DNA from: Patescibacteria group bacterium
GTDB taxonomy: Bacteria; Patescibacteriota; Microgenomatia; Levybacterales; UBA12049
Assembly: GCA_038063415.1 (NCBI GenBank)
Contig: JBBTVD010000020.1
Coordinates: forward strand, 11,629 to 75,628
Direction of reading: 5' to 3'
Length of the DNA: 64,000 nucleotides
The notes under the pieces are model-generated. The model ran no database searches. It was not told where the DNA came from and saw nothing but the letters and a program-made list of their open reading frames with translations. A program made the position numbers and the translations under genes. Numbering within the stretch: position 1 is the stretch's first letter; each line of letters begins with the position of its first letter. Positions 48,584-55,843 of this stretch are shown here, one piece after another.

Positions 48584-48620
48584 TTTACGCACAAAATTGT
48601 GAGTTTTATATTCCAGCTTT
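48584..48620. repeat. motif-1 copy d (best sigma70 match: -35 TTTACG, 17-bp spacer, -10 TATATT), not followed by a gene
   Basis: 'GTTAGAACTCTTTACGCACAAAATTGTGAGTTTTATATTCCAGCTTT' contains the palindrome CACAA-AA-TTGTG. Confidence 0.55.
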
Positions 48621-48700
48621 TATTCAAATCATTCAAGAAGACATGTACTTCAGCTTGTGTAAGGCATATTCATATACGGTGCAATACGAAGCTAATAAGC

Positions 48701-49069
48701 CTATTTAATTACGCGGACTTGTCTGTGTTGATCGAGTTCATCTGCGTTAGTGATAGCCCATTGCTGTAATCCTTGTAAAGGTTCAACGAGACTAATTCCG
48801 AGCTTTGTTAGTGAATAGGAAACCTTTGTAACGTTCCCTTTTATGACTTTACGTTCAATAAAGCCATCTGTTTCGAGCTTGCGTAACGTTTGCGTCAACA
48901 TTTTTTGAGAAATACATTCAATTTTTCGTTTGAGTTCCCCAAAATAATAGGGCTGTTCCGAAAGTGCTGCTAGAACCAAAATAGTCCACTTATCTGCAAT
49001 TTTCATAAGTGCATAGCGGGTAATGCATACTGCGGAAAATATATTAAATTTAGAAGTTGGTTTCATCAC
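48701..49069 (-). CDS. HxlR-family winged-helix transcriptional regulator
   Basis: 'CISQKMLTQTLRKLETDGFIERKVIKGNVTKVSYSLTKLG' is the typical HxlR core. It is divergent from a reductase gene. Confidence 0.65.
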   Translation of the reverse strand: MMKPTSKFNIFSAVCITRYALMKIADKWTILVLAALSEQPYYFGELKRKIECISQKMLTQTLRKLETDGFIERKVIKGNVTKVSYSLTKLGISLVEPLQGLQQWAITNADELDQHRQVRVIK

Positions 49070-49148
49070 TAGTTACCTTTTAGTGCCTTCTTGAAAAAAA
49101 GAAGGTAGTCACTTATAGTAACTATATGATAACACAAGGAGACTGTAT

Positions 49149-49814
49149 ATGAAAATAGCAATTATTGGAGCGGGTAATATCGGTGGATATCTCGCAACAC
49201 AGTTAAGTAAAGTTGGCCATGGAGTCACTATCTGTTTTACACGAAATGAAGAAAAGCTTAAAGAACGAGCTAGTAAAATTGGCAATGGTGTTCAGGGCTC
49301 TTCTGTACGTGAAGCGGTAAAAAAGAGTGAGCTAGTGATTTTATCTACCAGGTGGGAAGATATTGATGCCGCCTTGTTACAAGCGAAAGATTTATCAGAC
49401 AAAATAGTCATAGATGCAACAAATCAATATGGAGCAACAGGTCTTATAGATATTGGTACAAGCGTCGCAGTATTTAACCAAGCTCGTATGCCCGGAGTAA
49501 AACTCGTCAGGACTTTTAATATGTTCTTTGCAACGTATCTGTCCGAAGTTGGTCGTGGTCAACATCGACCGGTCGCTATGTTTTTTGCTTCCGAAGATAA
49601 ATACGCAAAAGAAGTTGCCACCCAGATTATAGCTGACATAGGTTTTGAACCAGTATATTTAGGTGGTTTGGATGTTGCTAAGTTTATTGAGATGCCGAAT
49701 GGAATGCTTGTCGGAAAAATATATCGACCCAAACAGGCACAAGCAATTGCTAAAGCTGTACAACAAGGTGATCTTGCTTTGGCTTCTCAACTGGCTAAAA
49801 ATGTAAGCGAGTAG
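49149..49814 (+). CDS. NADP-binding oxidoreductase, F420-dependent NADP reductase (Npd)-like family
   Basis: Rossmann motif 'MKIAIIGAGNIGGYLATQL'. About 220 aa, typical of PF03807-type proteins. Confidence 0.55.
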   Translation: MKIAIIGAGNIGGYLATQLSKVGHGVTICFTRNEEKLKERASKIGNGVQGSSVREAVKKSELVILSTRWEDIDAALLQAKDLSDKIVIDATNQYGATGLIDIGTSVAVFNQARMPGVKLVRTFNMFFATYLSEVGRGQHRPVAMFFASEDKYAKEVATQIIADIGFEPVYLGGLDVAKFIEMPNGMLVGKIYRPKQAQAIAKAVQQGDLALASQLAKNVSE

Positions 49815-49897
49815 CCGCATTTTCTTTTAGGAAAAGGAGATCTTGTCCGCAGTTCGTAATTAGTGGTAGTAATTTTTCGGTCGTATATAGATACTTT

Positions 49898-50845
49898 TTA
49901 GAAACTATACCTGCCATTTACTGCGAGTTTAGCACCGTTAACAATTGCGGTTGTTCCATCATATTTATATACGAATGTACGTCCTGCTGAATCAGCTGCC
50001 ACAGAAAGAGCAAAAGAGCTTGAGGTATTTTGCCCAGAGCCCGTTTCAAACTGATCTTTTGCTGCAACCGGAAGATTAATTTGCGTATATCCTGACCCTC
50101 CGGAGTTAGCATCATATGTGAAATCAACCCAATAGAACATTACGTTCCCTAAAATGAAAAACGTTGCTTTGTTAGTTGTTGGATTATTAGTAAAAGCACC
50201 TCCACCCGAAGTATAAGTTGGTGTGAAATTAAAGGTTCCAGGATAGCCTTGTGGACTTGCTTCATAAGAATAGTAGGGATTTGTTATTGCCGAATTGGCA
50301 AGAGAATAATCATTATTAGCAAAAAGAGTTACAGTTGTATCGGTTGAATAGCTACTTGAGAGTACAACACCATAATAAGTTGTAGAATTATTAGTAAGTT
50401 TCACACGTGTACCTTTAGTAAAGATTGCTGTTCGGTCAGTACCTGATATTTTGAAGCTATTTGCAGAAACATATGTCCATGTATCATTCGCTGTAGTCCA
50501 ACCATCTTGATTAGCTAAAGACAATGTTGCTCCAGAACTACTTCTGGATATAGTCAAACCATTGCCCGCATTAACATCTTTGAGCCAAGTTACTTGAGTT
50601 AAACCGGTATCGCAGCTTGCCCCCGGTGACACTAGTGTGACGATTCCGCGAGAGTCTTCGCATGCATTAATCAGACTACTATCACCCCAACTTCCAAAAC
50701 TAGCATGTACCAAACGAACAAAGTAGGGTCCAAAAAGTGTAAACGTAATTCCGAAGAGAATCACAAGAAGAGGAATACCAAAAGAGAAAATAAGACGGGT
50801 TCGCTTAACGATATGAAGGTATGATGTAATCTTAAGACGGTTCAT
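49898..50845 (-). CDS. membrane-anchored Ser/Thr/Gly/Asn-rich secreted hypothetical protein
   Basis: TM 'LIFSFGIPLLVILFGITFTLFG'. Low-complexity beta-rich body. Confidence 0.4.
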   Translation of the reverse strand: MNRLKITSYLHIVKRTRLIFSFGIPLLVILFGITFTLFGPYFVRLVHASFGSWGDSSLINACEDSRGIVTLVSPGASCDTGLTQVTWLKDVNAGNGLTISRSSSGATLSLANQDGWTTANDTWTYVSANSFKISGTDRTAIFTKGTRVKLTNNSTTYYGVVLSSSYSTDTTVTLFANNDYSLANSAITNPYYSYEASPQGYPGTFNFTPTYTSGGGAFTNNPTTNKATFFILGNVMFYWVDFTYDANSGGSGYTQINLPVAAKDQFETGSGQNTSSSFALSVAADSAGRTFVYKYDGTTAIVNGAKLAVNGRYSF

Positions 50846-51003
50846 ATTATATTTATTAACTTAATTCAATCTAATAATAAATGTAACTGTAAGTCAATAG
50901 GAAAAATAAATTTGTACATTGTGATAAGGACGTTCGATTCCATTTATCCGTTAGAATATTTTAGCAATTTTTGAGGCTAAAAATGAAATAAAACCGTGGC
51001 AGG

Positions 51004-51065
51004 TTCTCGTGAAGGACATTAGAATTTTTACGCACAAAATCCTGATTTTTAGATTTCCAGCTTTT
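51004..51065. repeat. motif-1 copy e (upstream of the 453-aa gene; -35 TTTACG, 17-bp spacer, -10 TAGATT)
   Basis: 'CTCGTGAAGGACATTAGAATTTTTACGCACAAAATCCTGATTTTTAGATTTCCAGCTTTT'. Confidence 0.6.
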
Positions 51066-51099
51066 AGATTAAAATTTGTTACTATCAGCCATGATATAA

Positions 51100-52461
51100 T
51101 TGAAATATATGAGTGAGATACCTCGTCCTACAGACGTAACCCCTACAGACTATCAGAGGGAGATAGTATCATTATTAGGATCAGATGGTTCTGAACAGAA
51201 TAAATATGAGCTAACTCTTGTGAACAGGCCAGATTGGCTTCCTCCTGAGAGTGGGGTATATTTTTTTCAGGATTCAGGAAAATGTAGCCAAATTCATACT
51301 ATACAGAGCGAGGATAATATAGAATATCAGGTTTCTTCTAATGCTGATCCGACCTTTCCTGGTTTCCAGGTTGGTGTGCCATGGTCAATTGGCAGAAGAT
51401 TAGCACCCAACGATCGTATATTTCTCAATAGCTCTTCATTCGTTGTCGTGCATACACCTGACGTTGAACCTATTCTCTATGATATTTCTCCTGAAGAAGT
51501 AGCTGTACCACCTCAAAGGAGTGAAAGAACATTCTCTTCTAAAGATATGATGTCTGGAATCCTTTCCAGAGAGATTTTTACTCAGACTTCACTGCCTGGT
51601 GTTGTGCGAGATCCACTAGTTGTAGCTGCAATGATTGCTGAGGAAAAAGAACGATCCAAGAGGGAGAGTAGGGGCGCGAGACCAGAAGCTCAATTTACTG
51701 CCATAGAGCCAGCGGTGGTCACTGAAGTAGATCTCAATGCTCCAAGGACAAAAATACTTAGTATCACCAAAGACTTCGATGGAAGTGCTATGGGGTTCCA
51801 TATATATATAATCACTGTTGCTGGTGAGAATAAAAGAGAGCTTAGAGTCCCTAATACTGGTGTATTTATACACATTGATGAGGATACGTCTCTTGTACGC
51901 AGACTTCAAACTTCATCATTATCACCACACATCTCAACCGAAGATGCTCCTACAGAATATATTGTTATGTTAGGTAAAGAACTCTCTGATGGTGAAGATT
52001 GGATGCGTGAGTGGCAGTTAAAGAATGAGCTTGCTTCTTCTGCAAGTGAACAATCTGGTACCTCATCAGCGCTTTTAGTTCAAAAGAGTGTAACACCAAA
52101 TGATCCGGCTCATCCTCAAGAAGCAAGAGTTGTTCCAGCGCAACTATCCTTTGGAAGCATTAGCTTTACTGGTCAATTTCTTGCAAGACATATAGGTGGC
52201 TCATATAGACAAATGATTTTAGAGGCACTTTTTGAAGCTAGCATGCCAGGGTATGAATCGACCCTATATAAGGCAAAGGACATACTGGAAGAGGTTATAA
52301 GAAACGCTTTACAAGGTGAAGCTGAAAGAATTTTTTCTGATGAGCAGAGTCCGCAGCCGGTAGCTAGAGGGTTTACATCAGTAATTGCAGAAGTAAAGAA
52401 AATTGTTGAAGGAAATAGAAGGCAAAAAGCTTGGGATGATCAGGTTGGAATGTATAGATAG
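51100..52461 (+). CDS. hypothetical protein (453 aa), bracketed by motif-1 and motif-2 like the Fic genes
   Basis: ORF only. Confidence 0.4.
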   Translation: MKYMSEIPRPTDVTPTDYQREIVSLLGSDGSEQNKYELTLVNRPDWLPPESGVYFFQDSGKCSQIHTIQSEDNIEYQVSSNADPTFPGFQVGVPWSIGRRLAPNDRIFLNSSSFVVVHTPDVEPILYDISPEEVAVPPQRSERTFSSKDMMSGILSREIFTQTSLPGVVRDPLVVAAMIAEEKERSKRESRGARPEAQFTAIEPAVVTEVDLNAPRTKILSITKDFDGSAMGFHIYIITVAGENKRELRVPNTGVFIHIDEDTSLVRRLQTSSLSPHISTEDAPTEYIVMLGKELSDGEDWMREWQLKNELASSASEQSGTSSALLVQKSVTPNDPAHPQEARVVPAQLSFGSISFTGQFLARHIGGSYRQMILEALFEASMPGYESTLYKAKDILEEVIRNALQGEAERIFSDEQSPQPVARGFTSVIAEVKKIVEGNRRQKAWDDQVGMYR

Positions 52462-52506
52462 ATACGTTTTCTTCCATTGTTTTTCGATGTTAGAAAGGGG
52501 TTCGAG

Positions 52507-52548
52507 TCCGTCCGCCGTGAGGCTAGAGTGCGAGGCTAAATTTATCAG
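52507..52548. repeat. motif-2 copy C, directly abutting the 3' end of tRNA-Trp
   Basis: 'GGGGTTCGAGTCCGTCCGCCGTGAGGCTAGAGTGCGAGGCTAAATTTATCAG'. Confidence 0.6.
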
Positions 52549-52620
52549 CAGGGGCGCACAGATTCGAACTGTGAAAAGCAGTTTTGGAGACTGCTGTGAT
52601 AGCCATTTCACCACACCCCT
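52549..52620 (-). tRNA. tRNA-Trp (anticodon CCA)
   Basis: Minus-strand fold: acceptor AGGGGTG/CGCCCCT (one G.U pair), D arm GTGA-AATGGCTA-TCAC, anticodon arm GCAGT-CTCCAAA-ACTGC, 4-nt variable loop, T arm CACAG-TTCGAAT-CTGTG, discriminator G. No CCA is encoded. Confidence 0.8.
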
Positions 52621-52628
52621 ATACAACG

Positions 52629-52640
52629 TTAGATTATACT
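52629..52640 (-). promoter_or_regulatory. -10-like 'TAGTATAAT' upstream of tRNA-Trp (minus strand)
   Basis: The minus strand reads 'tttttagtataatctaacgttgtat' immediately 5' of the tRNA. Confidence 0.35.
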
Positions 52641-52676
52641 AAAAAAGCGTATGGATCGCTAGTTTAACCATACGCT
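52641..52676 (-). terminator. rho-independent terminator downstream of rpmG (9-bp stem agcgtatgg/ccatacgct, then 6 U on the minus strand)
   Basis: Plus strand 'aaaaaagcgtatggatcgctagtttaaccatacgct'. Confidence 0.65.
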
Positions 52677-52703
52677 ATTTGCTATACCCCAACCTTTGCA
52701 TTA

Positions 52704-52880
52704 TTACTTTAACTTATCTACTTGCTTATGCTCAGTTACTTTGCGGCAGTGGCTACAAAACTTGTTGAGCTTCAATTTCTCAGGATTTTCCATTTTGTTT
52801 TTCTCGGTAACATAGTTTCTGTTTTTACAAACAGAACAAGTAAGTCCAATTTTGATTCGGTGTTCGCCTTTTTTTGCCAT
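52704..52880 (-). CDS. rpmG: 50S ribosomal protein L33 (58 aa; absent from the supplied ORF track because it is under 60 aa)
   Basis: Manual translation of the minus strand gives 'MAKKGEHRIKIGLTCSVCKNRNYVTEKNKMENPEKLKLNKFCSHCRKVTEHKQVDKLK'. This has the zinc-ribbon L33 pattern (C..C...C..C and RNY.T.KNK). Confidence 0.8.
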   Translation of the reverse strand: MAKKGEHRIKIGLTCSVCKNRNYVTEKNKMENPEKLKLNKFCSHCRKVTEHKQVDKLK

Positions 52881-52930
52881 ATGGACAATTATACACTATT
52901 TGAGGCAGGATTGAAAGAGTTCTTTACGTG

Positions 52931-53002
52931 AGCCTCGAGTGAGAATCGGACTCACGACCTCCATCTTACCAAGATGGCGTTCTGCCACTGAACTATCGAG
53001 GC
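52931..53002 (-). tRNA. tRNA-Thr (anticodon GGU); the T-loop reads UCCGAUU (C at position 55)
   Basis: Minus-strand fold: GCCTCGA-TA-GTTC-AGTGGCA-GAAC-G-CCATC-TTGGTAA-GATGG-AGGTC-GTGAG-TCCGATT-CTCAC-TCGAGGC-T. All stems are Watson-Crick. Confidence 0.7.
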
Positions 53003-53007
53003 GCTAG

Positions 53008-53092
53008 TGCCGGGTGAGAGATTTGCACTCCCGTAGGCCATACGGCCGTCTCGTCTACAGCGAGGTGCGATTGACTACTCCGCCAACCCGGC
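53008..53092 (-). tRNA. tRNA-Tyr (anticodon GUA), long variable arm; the T-loop reads UGCAAAU
   Basis: Acceptor GCCGGGT/ACCCGGC, discriminator A, anticodon loop CUGUAGA, variable-arm hairpin GGCC-GTAT-GGCC, 85 nt. The D arm and the top of the anticodon stem are slightly irregular. Confidence 0.6.
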
Positions 53093-53109
53093 TTAAATAT
53101 AAAACAAAA

Positions 53110-53184
53110 TGGAGCCGTCTGTCGGATTCGGACCGACGACCTGCTGTTTACAAAACAGCTGCTCTACCGCTGAGCTAAGACGGC
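53110..53184 (-). tRNA. tRNA-Thr (anticodon UGU) with encoded CCA; the T-loop reads UCCGAAU
   Basis: Minus-strand fold: GCCGTCT-TA-GCTC-AGCGGTA-GAGC-A-GCTGT-TTTGTAA-ACAGC-AGGTC-GTCGG-TCCGAAT-CCGAC-AGACGGC-T-CCA. Confidence 0.75.
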
Positions 53185-53512
53185 GAGTGCGATCAGACAA
53201 CTCGTAGGGATAATTTTATCAAACGCAAGAGGCTACGGCAAGCCGTAAAATAGAACAACAAGAAAAAGAGATAATTTTTGCTCTTTAATACGGGATTGAT
53301 TGCTTTTTTCCCTAAGCTAAATAATTAGGAAAATGCTTTCTGTTACCTCGGTAACAGAGAAAAAACATTTCGTCCCCTGATTGCTCAGGGTACCTCGGGA
53401 ATGGTGTATGTAGAGAAAAAACACACAACCAATTCCCAATATCAAAGAGCACGAATAGTATATGTTTGGAGTGAAAAAAAGTCAATAGAGGAATATTCGA
53501 GGCTAACTTGCC

Positions 53513-54814
53513 TTACATAATGCAGGTGAAGTCTTTGTGTTTTTCGTCAGCTTTGAAAAGCCCTCCCCATTCGGTAACGGTGAAGCCTTTTCTCTCAAAT
53601 CCTGTGAGTTTTGGTTCAGACACAGTAATTTTTTCATCAAGTGTCTTAAAGTAGAGCGTCACTCTTCCGATAGTTTCTGGTTTTGGATTGATTGCCAATG
53701 GTGCCCAGGCATCTACTTTTGCTTGAGGTATGACTCCGACGAAATAGTAAGGAGAAGCGGGAAGGGTTTCTTGCCAGTAGACAGTAAAGGCAAAGGTCTC
53801 TTTATCATTAAGCCCCAATTTTGGAAGAATATTTTCAAGTAGGTTATCAAGTTCTGCACGGGTTACCACATACCCTTCTTTTGGTTCAGTAATTAGATTA
53901 TCTGGGATACTTGATTCCCAATACAGATACGGGTAAGAAGCATTTTGATACTCAATGTTCCCATCAGGATTTGCTGTCACATCCCAACCTCCCTGTGGAT
54001 ATCGTGGGATGGTAATGGTAAAAGGTTGTTCTGGTTTAACCTGGACATTTACCTTCGTCTGTTCTTCAGGATAGAGGTAGATGGCCGGCTTACACCAAGC
54101 CCCAAGCCAGGTATATGGTTGTTTGTCCTCTTCCACAAGGAAAGTCTCAAGTTGGAGATTGTCTTGACCCTGAGGATCTTGGACATTAATGACTTGTTGT
54201 CCTCGTTCGGTAAGCGAGGTCTCAGGCTTTGGACAGAAGGTAGAAATTTCTGCTGGAACGGTTCCATCATCGACACGATAATAAACATCAAAGGGTACGC
54301 CCTCAGTCACCACATTTTGAGAACACTTTTCCTGAGTGTCACGACAAATATAGATCAAAGAATCATCTTCTACCCCAAAGCATCGGTTGCCAGTTGCTGG
54401 ATCATTAATCTCGACAAGATCTTTCCCATGCTCACAACCCGGGATATCATAATCTGCTTGCGTATCTGAGAGATTAATAAAAATCCTTTCTCCTGCTGGT
54501 GTATATTGATTAGTTGGTCCAATATGAAATGCCTCTCCTTGGGCAATGTTTGACTTAAGGAGCGCATATGTTTTGCCGTTATAGACAATCGACTTATCAA
54601 GAATTGGCTCACAAGCCTCAGCATCACCGGTATCACAACAACTGTAGAGCGAAGGATTTGGGGGAGGGTTCTTCATTTTTTGCACATTTGGTAGAGCTCC
54701 ACCTGCCATTACTCCTGCAAACGCTGTAGCTATAGCGAGAATCGCGACAGCATAGAGAGCTCCACTCTGTGCTTCTCCTTTTTGTTTTTTCTTACGTCGT
54801 ATACGGATTTTCAT
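53513..54814 (-). CDS. secreted/membrane-anchored hypothetical protein with a Cys-rich N-terminal region (433 aa)
   Basis: Anchor 'ALYAVAILAIATAFAGVMAGG', then 'YSCCDTGDAEACEP'. Confidence 0.4.
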   Translation of the reverse strand: MKIRIRRKKKQKGEAQSGALYAVAILAIATAFAGVMAGGALPNVQKMKNPPPNPSLYSCCDTGDAEACEPILDKSIVYNGKTYALLKSNIAQGEAFHIGPTNQYTPAGERIFINLSDTQADYDIPGCEHGKDLVEINDPATGNRCFGVEDDSLIYICRDTQEKCSQNVVTEGVPFDVYYRVDDGTVPAEISTFCPKPETSLTERGQQVINVQDPQGQDNLQLETFLVEEDKQPYTWLGAWCKPAIYLYPEEQTKVNVQVKPEQPFTITIPRYPQGGWDVTANPDGNIEYQNASYPYLYWESSIPDNLITEPKEGYVVTRAELDNLLENILPKLGLNDKETFAFTVYWQETLPASPYYFVGVIPQAKVDAWAPLAINPKPETIGRVTLYFKTLDEKITVSEPKLTGFERKGFTVTEWGGLFKADEKHKDFTCIM

Positions 54815-54864
54815 GAAAAGTACCTATTCTATTGTTGTCTCAAATGAAAAACTTTGTCAAGAGG

Positions 54865-55515
54865 TTAAAATCCTAAAATAGAGAGGGCGAAGCCGATTAA
54901 TGTCGAAACCAGACCCATGAGAGAAAAACCTCCAATCGGGAAGAAAAGGAGTACCATCAGAATCACCATTCCGAACGTCCCCATCGATAAATAAATGGCA
55001 GCTTCACGTTTGGGAAGGAGTAGCGCAAAGATCTTTGAACCATCAAGTGGGGGGATTGGGACGAGGTTAAAAATTGCAAGGACGAGGTTCCATTCAACTG
55101 TTTTGGTAAGAATAAAGCCGATGATATCGTTACTTCCAACTAACATAAAAGGTACATCTGGATAAAAAAGATGAATGAAAATGCTTGCAATGACAGCAAG
55201 TGAGATATTGGTTAATGGTCCAACGAGCGAAACTAATGCAAGATCCTTTATCCCATCACGAAGATTAAAAGAATCAACAGGTACGGGTTTGGCTCCTCCA
55301 AAAATAAATCTCCCACCAGTTGAAAGATACAAAACAACAGGCAATAGGACACTCATATACCAGTCAATATGTTTGAGGGGATTGAGCGTCAGTCGTCCTT
55401 GGAGTTTGGCTGTTGGATCTCCAAGACGATACGCCACATAACCATGAGCAATTTCATGAAGAACAGACGAGTAAACAAGCACCCCAATACTGAGAATAGC
55501 ACCAAATATATCCAT
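54865..55515 (-). CDS. site-2 protease family (peptidase M50) intramembrane metalloprotease
   Basis: 'HEIAHG' HExxH in TM1, plus a 'LDG' motif ('PIPPLDGSK') in a later helix. Confidence 0.7.
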   Translation of the reverse strand: MDIFGAILSIGVLVYSSVLHEIAHGYVAYRLGDPTAKLQGRLTLNPLKHIDWYMSVLLPVVLYLSTGGRFIFGGAKPVPVDSFNLRDGIKDLALVSLVGPLTNISLAVIASIFIHLFYPDVPFMLVGSNDIIGFILTKTVEWNLVLAIFNLVPIPPLDGSKIFALLLPKREAAIYLSMGTFGMVILMVLLFFPIGGFSLMGLVSTLIGFALSILGF

Positions 55516-55579
55516 GGAATGTAGCGTAGATAACCCTTGAGATTACACTGGTGATATGATATCATACTTTTCTATGGGA

Positions 55580-55828
55580 ATGAAATGCGCAAATTGTGGA
55601 AAAGGTGTAATGTATGGGCACAATGTGTCTCATTCAAAACGCCGCACCCGCAAAATTTTTAAACCAAATCTACATAGTACCCGTATTCTGGTTTCAGGTC
55701 GGTTTGTCCGGGTCAAACTTTGTACCAAATGTCTTCGTATGGTAAAAAAAGTAATGATGCCAAAAGAAGAAGTTATTACTGAAGAAGTCGATACAACTAC
55801 ATCCTCAATGCCTGTTGCTACTGCTTAA
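55580..55828 (+). CDS. rpmB: 50S ribosomal protein L28 with a C-terminal extension
   Basis: 'MKCANCGKGVMYGHNVSHSKRRTRKIFKPNLH...VRVKLCTKCLR'. The ORF's upstream Met at 55556 is probably not the true start. Confidence 0.7.
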   Translation: MKCANCGKGVMYGHNVSHSKRRTRKIFKPNLHSTRILVSGRFVRVKLCTKCLRMVKKVMMPKEEVITEEVDTTTSSMPVATA

Positions 55829-55843
55829 TAAAGCTATCTATTC

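Noticed and set aside
48506-48620. Motif-2 plus motif-1 as an integron attC site with a GTTRRRY core
   Set aside because: Motif-1 starts with GTTAGAA (one mismatch to GTTRRRY), but motif-2 has no complementary RYYYAAC and the pair does not form the imperfect attC palindrome. Most motif-1 copies are not preceded by motif-2.
53280-53420. Hairpins 'tctgttacc-tcg-ggtaacaga' and 'ccctgattgctcaggg' upstream of the tRNA cluster as terminators
   Set aside because: Neither is followed by a convincing U-run in the orientation of any neighbouring gene.
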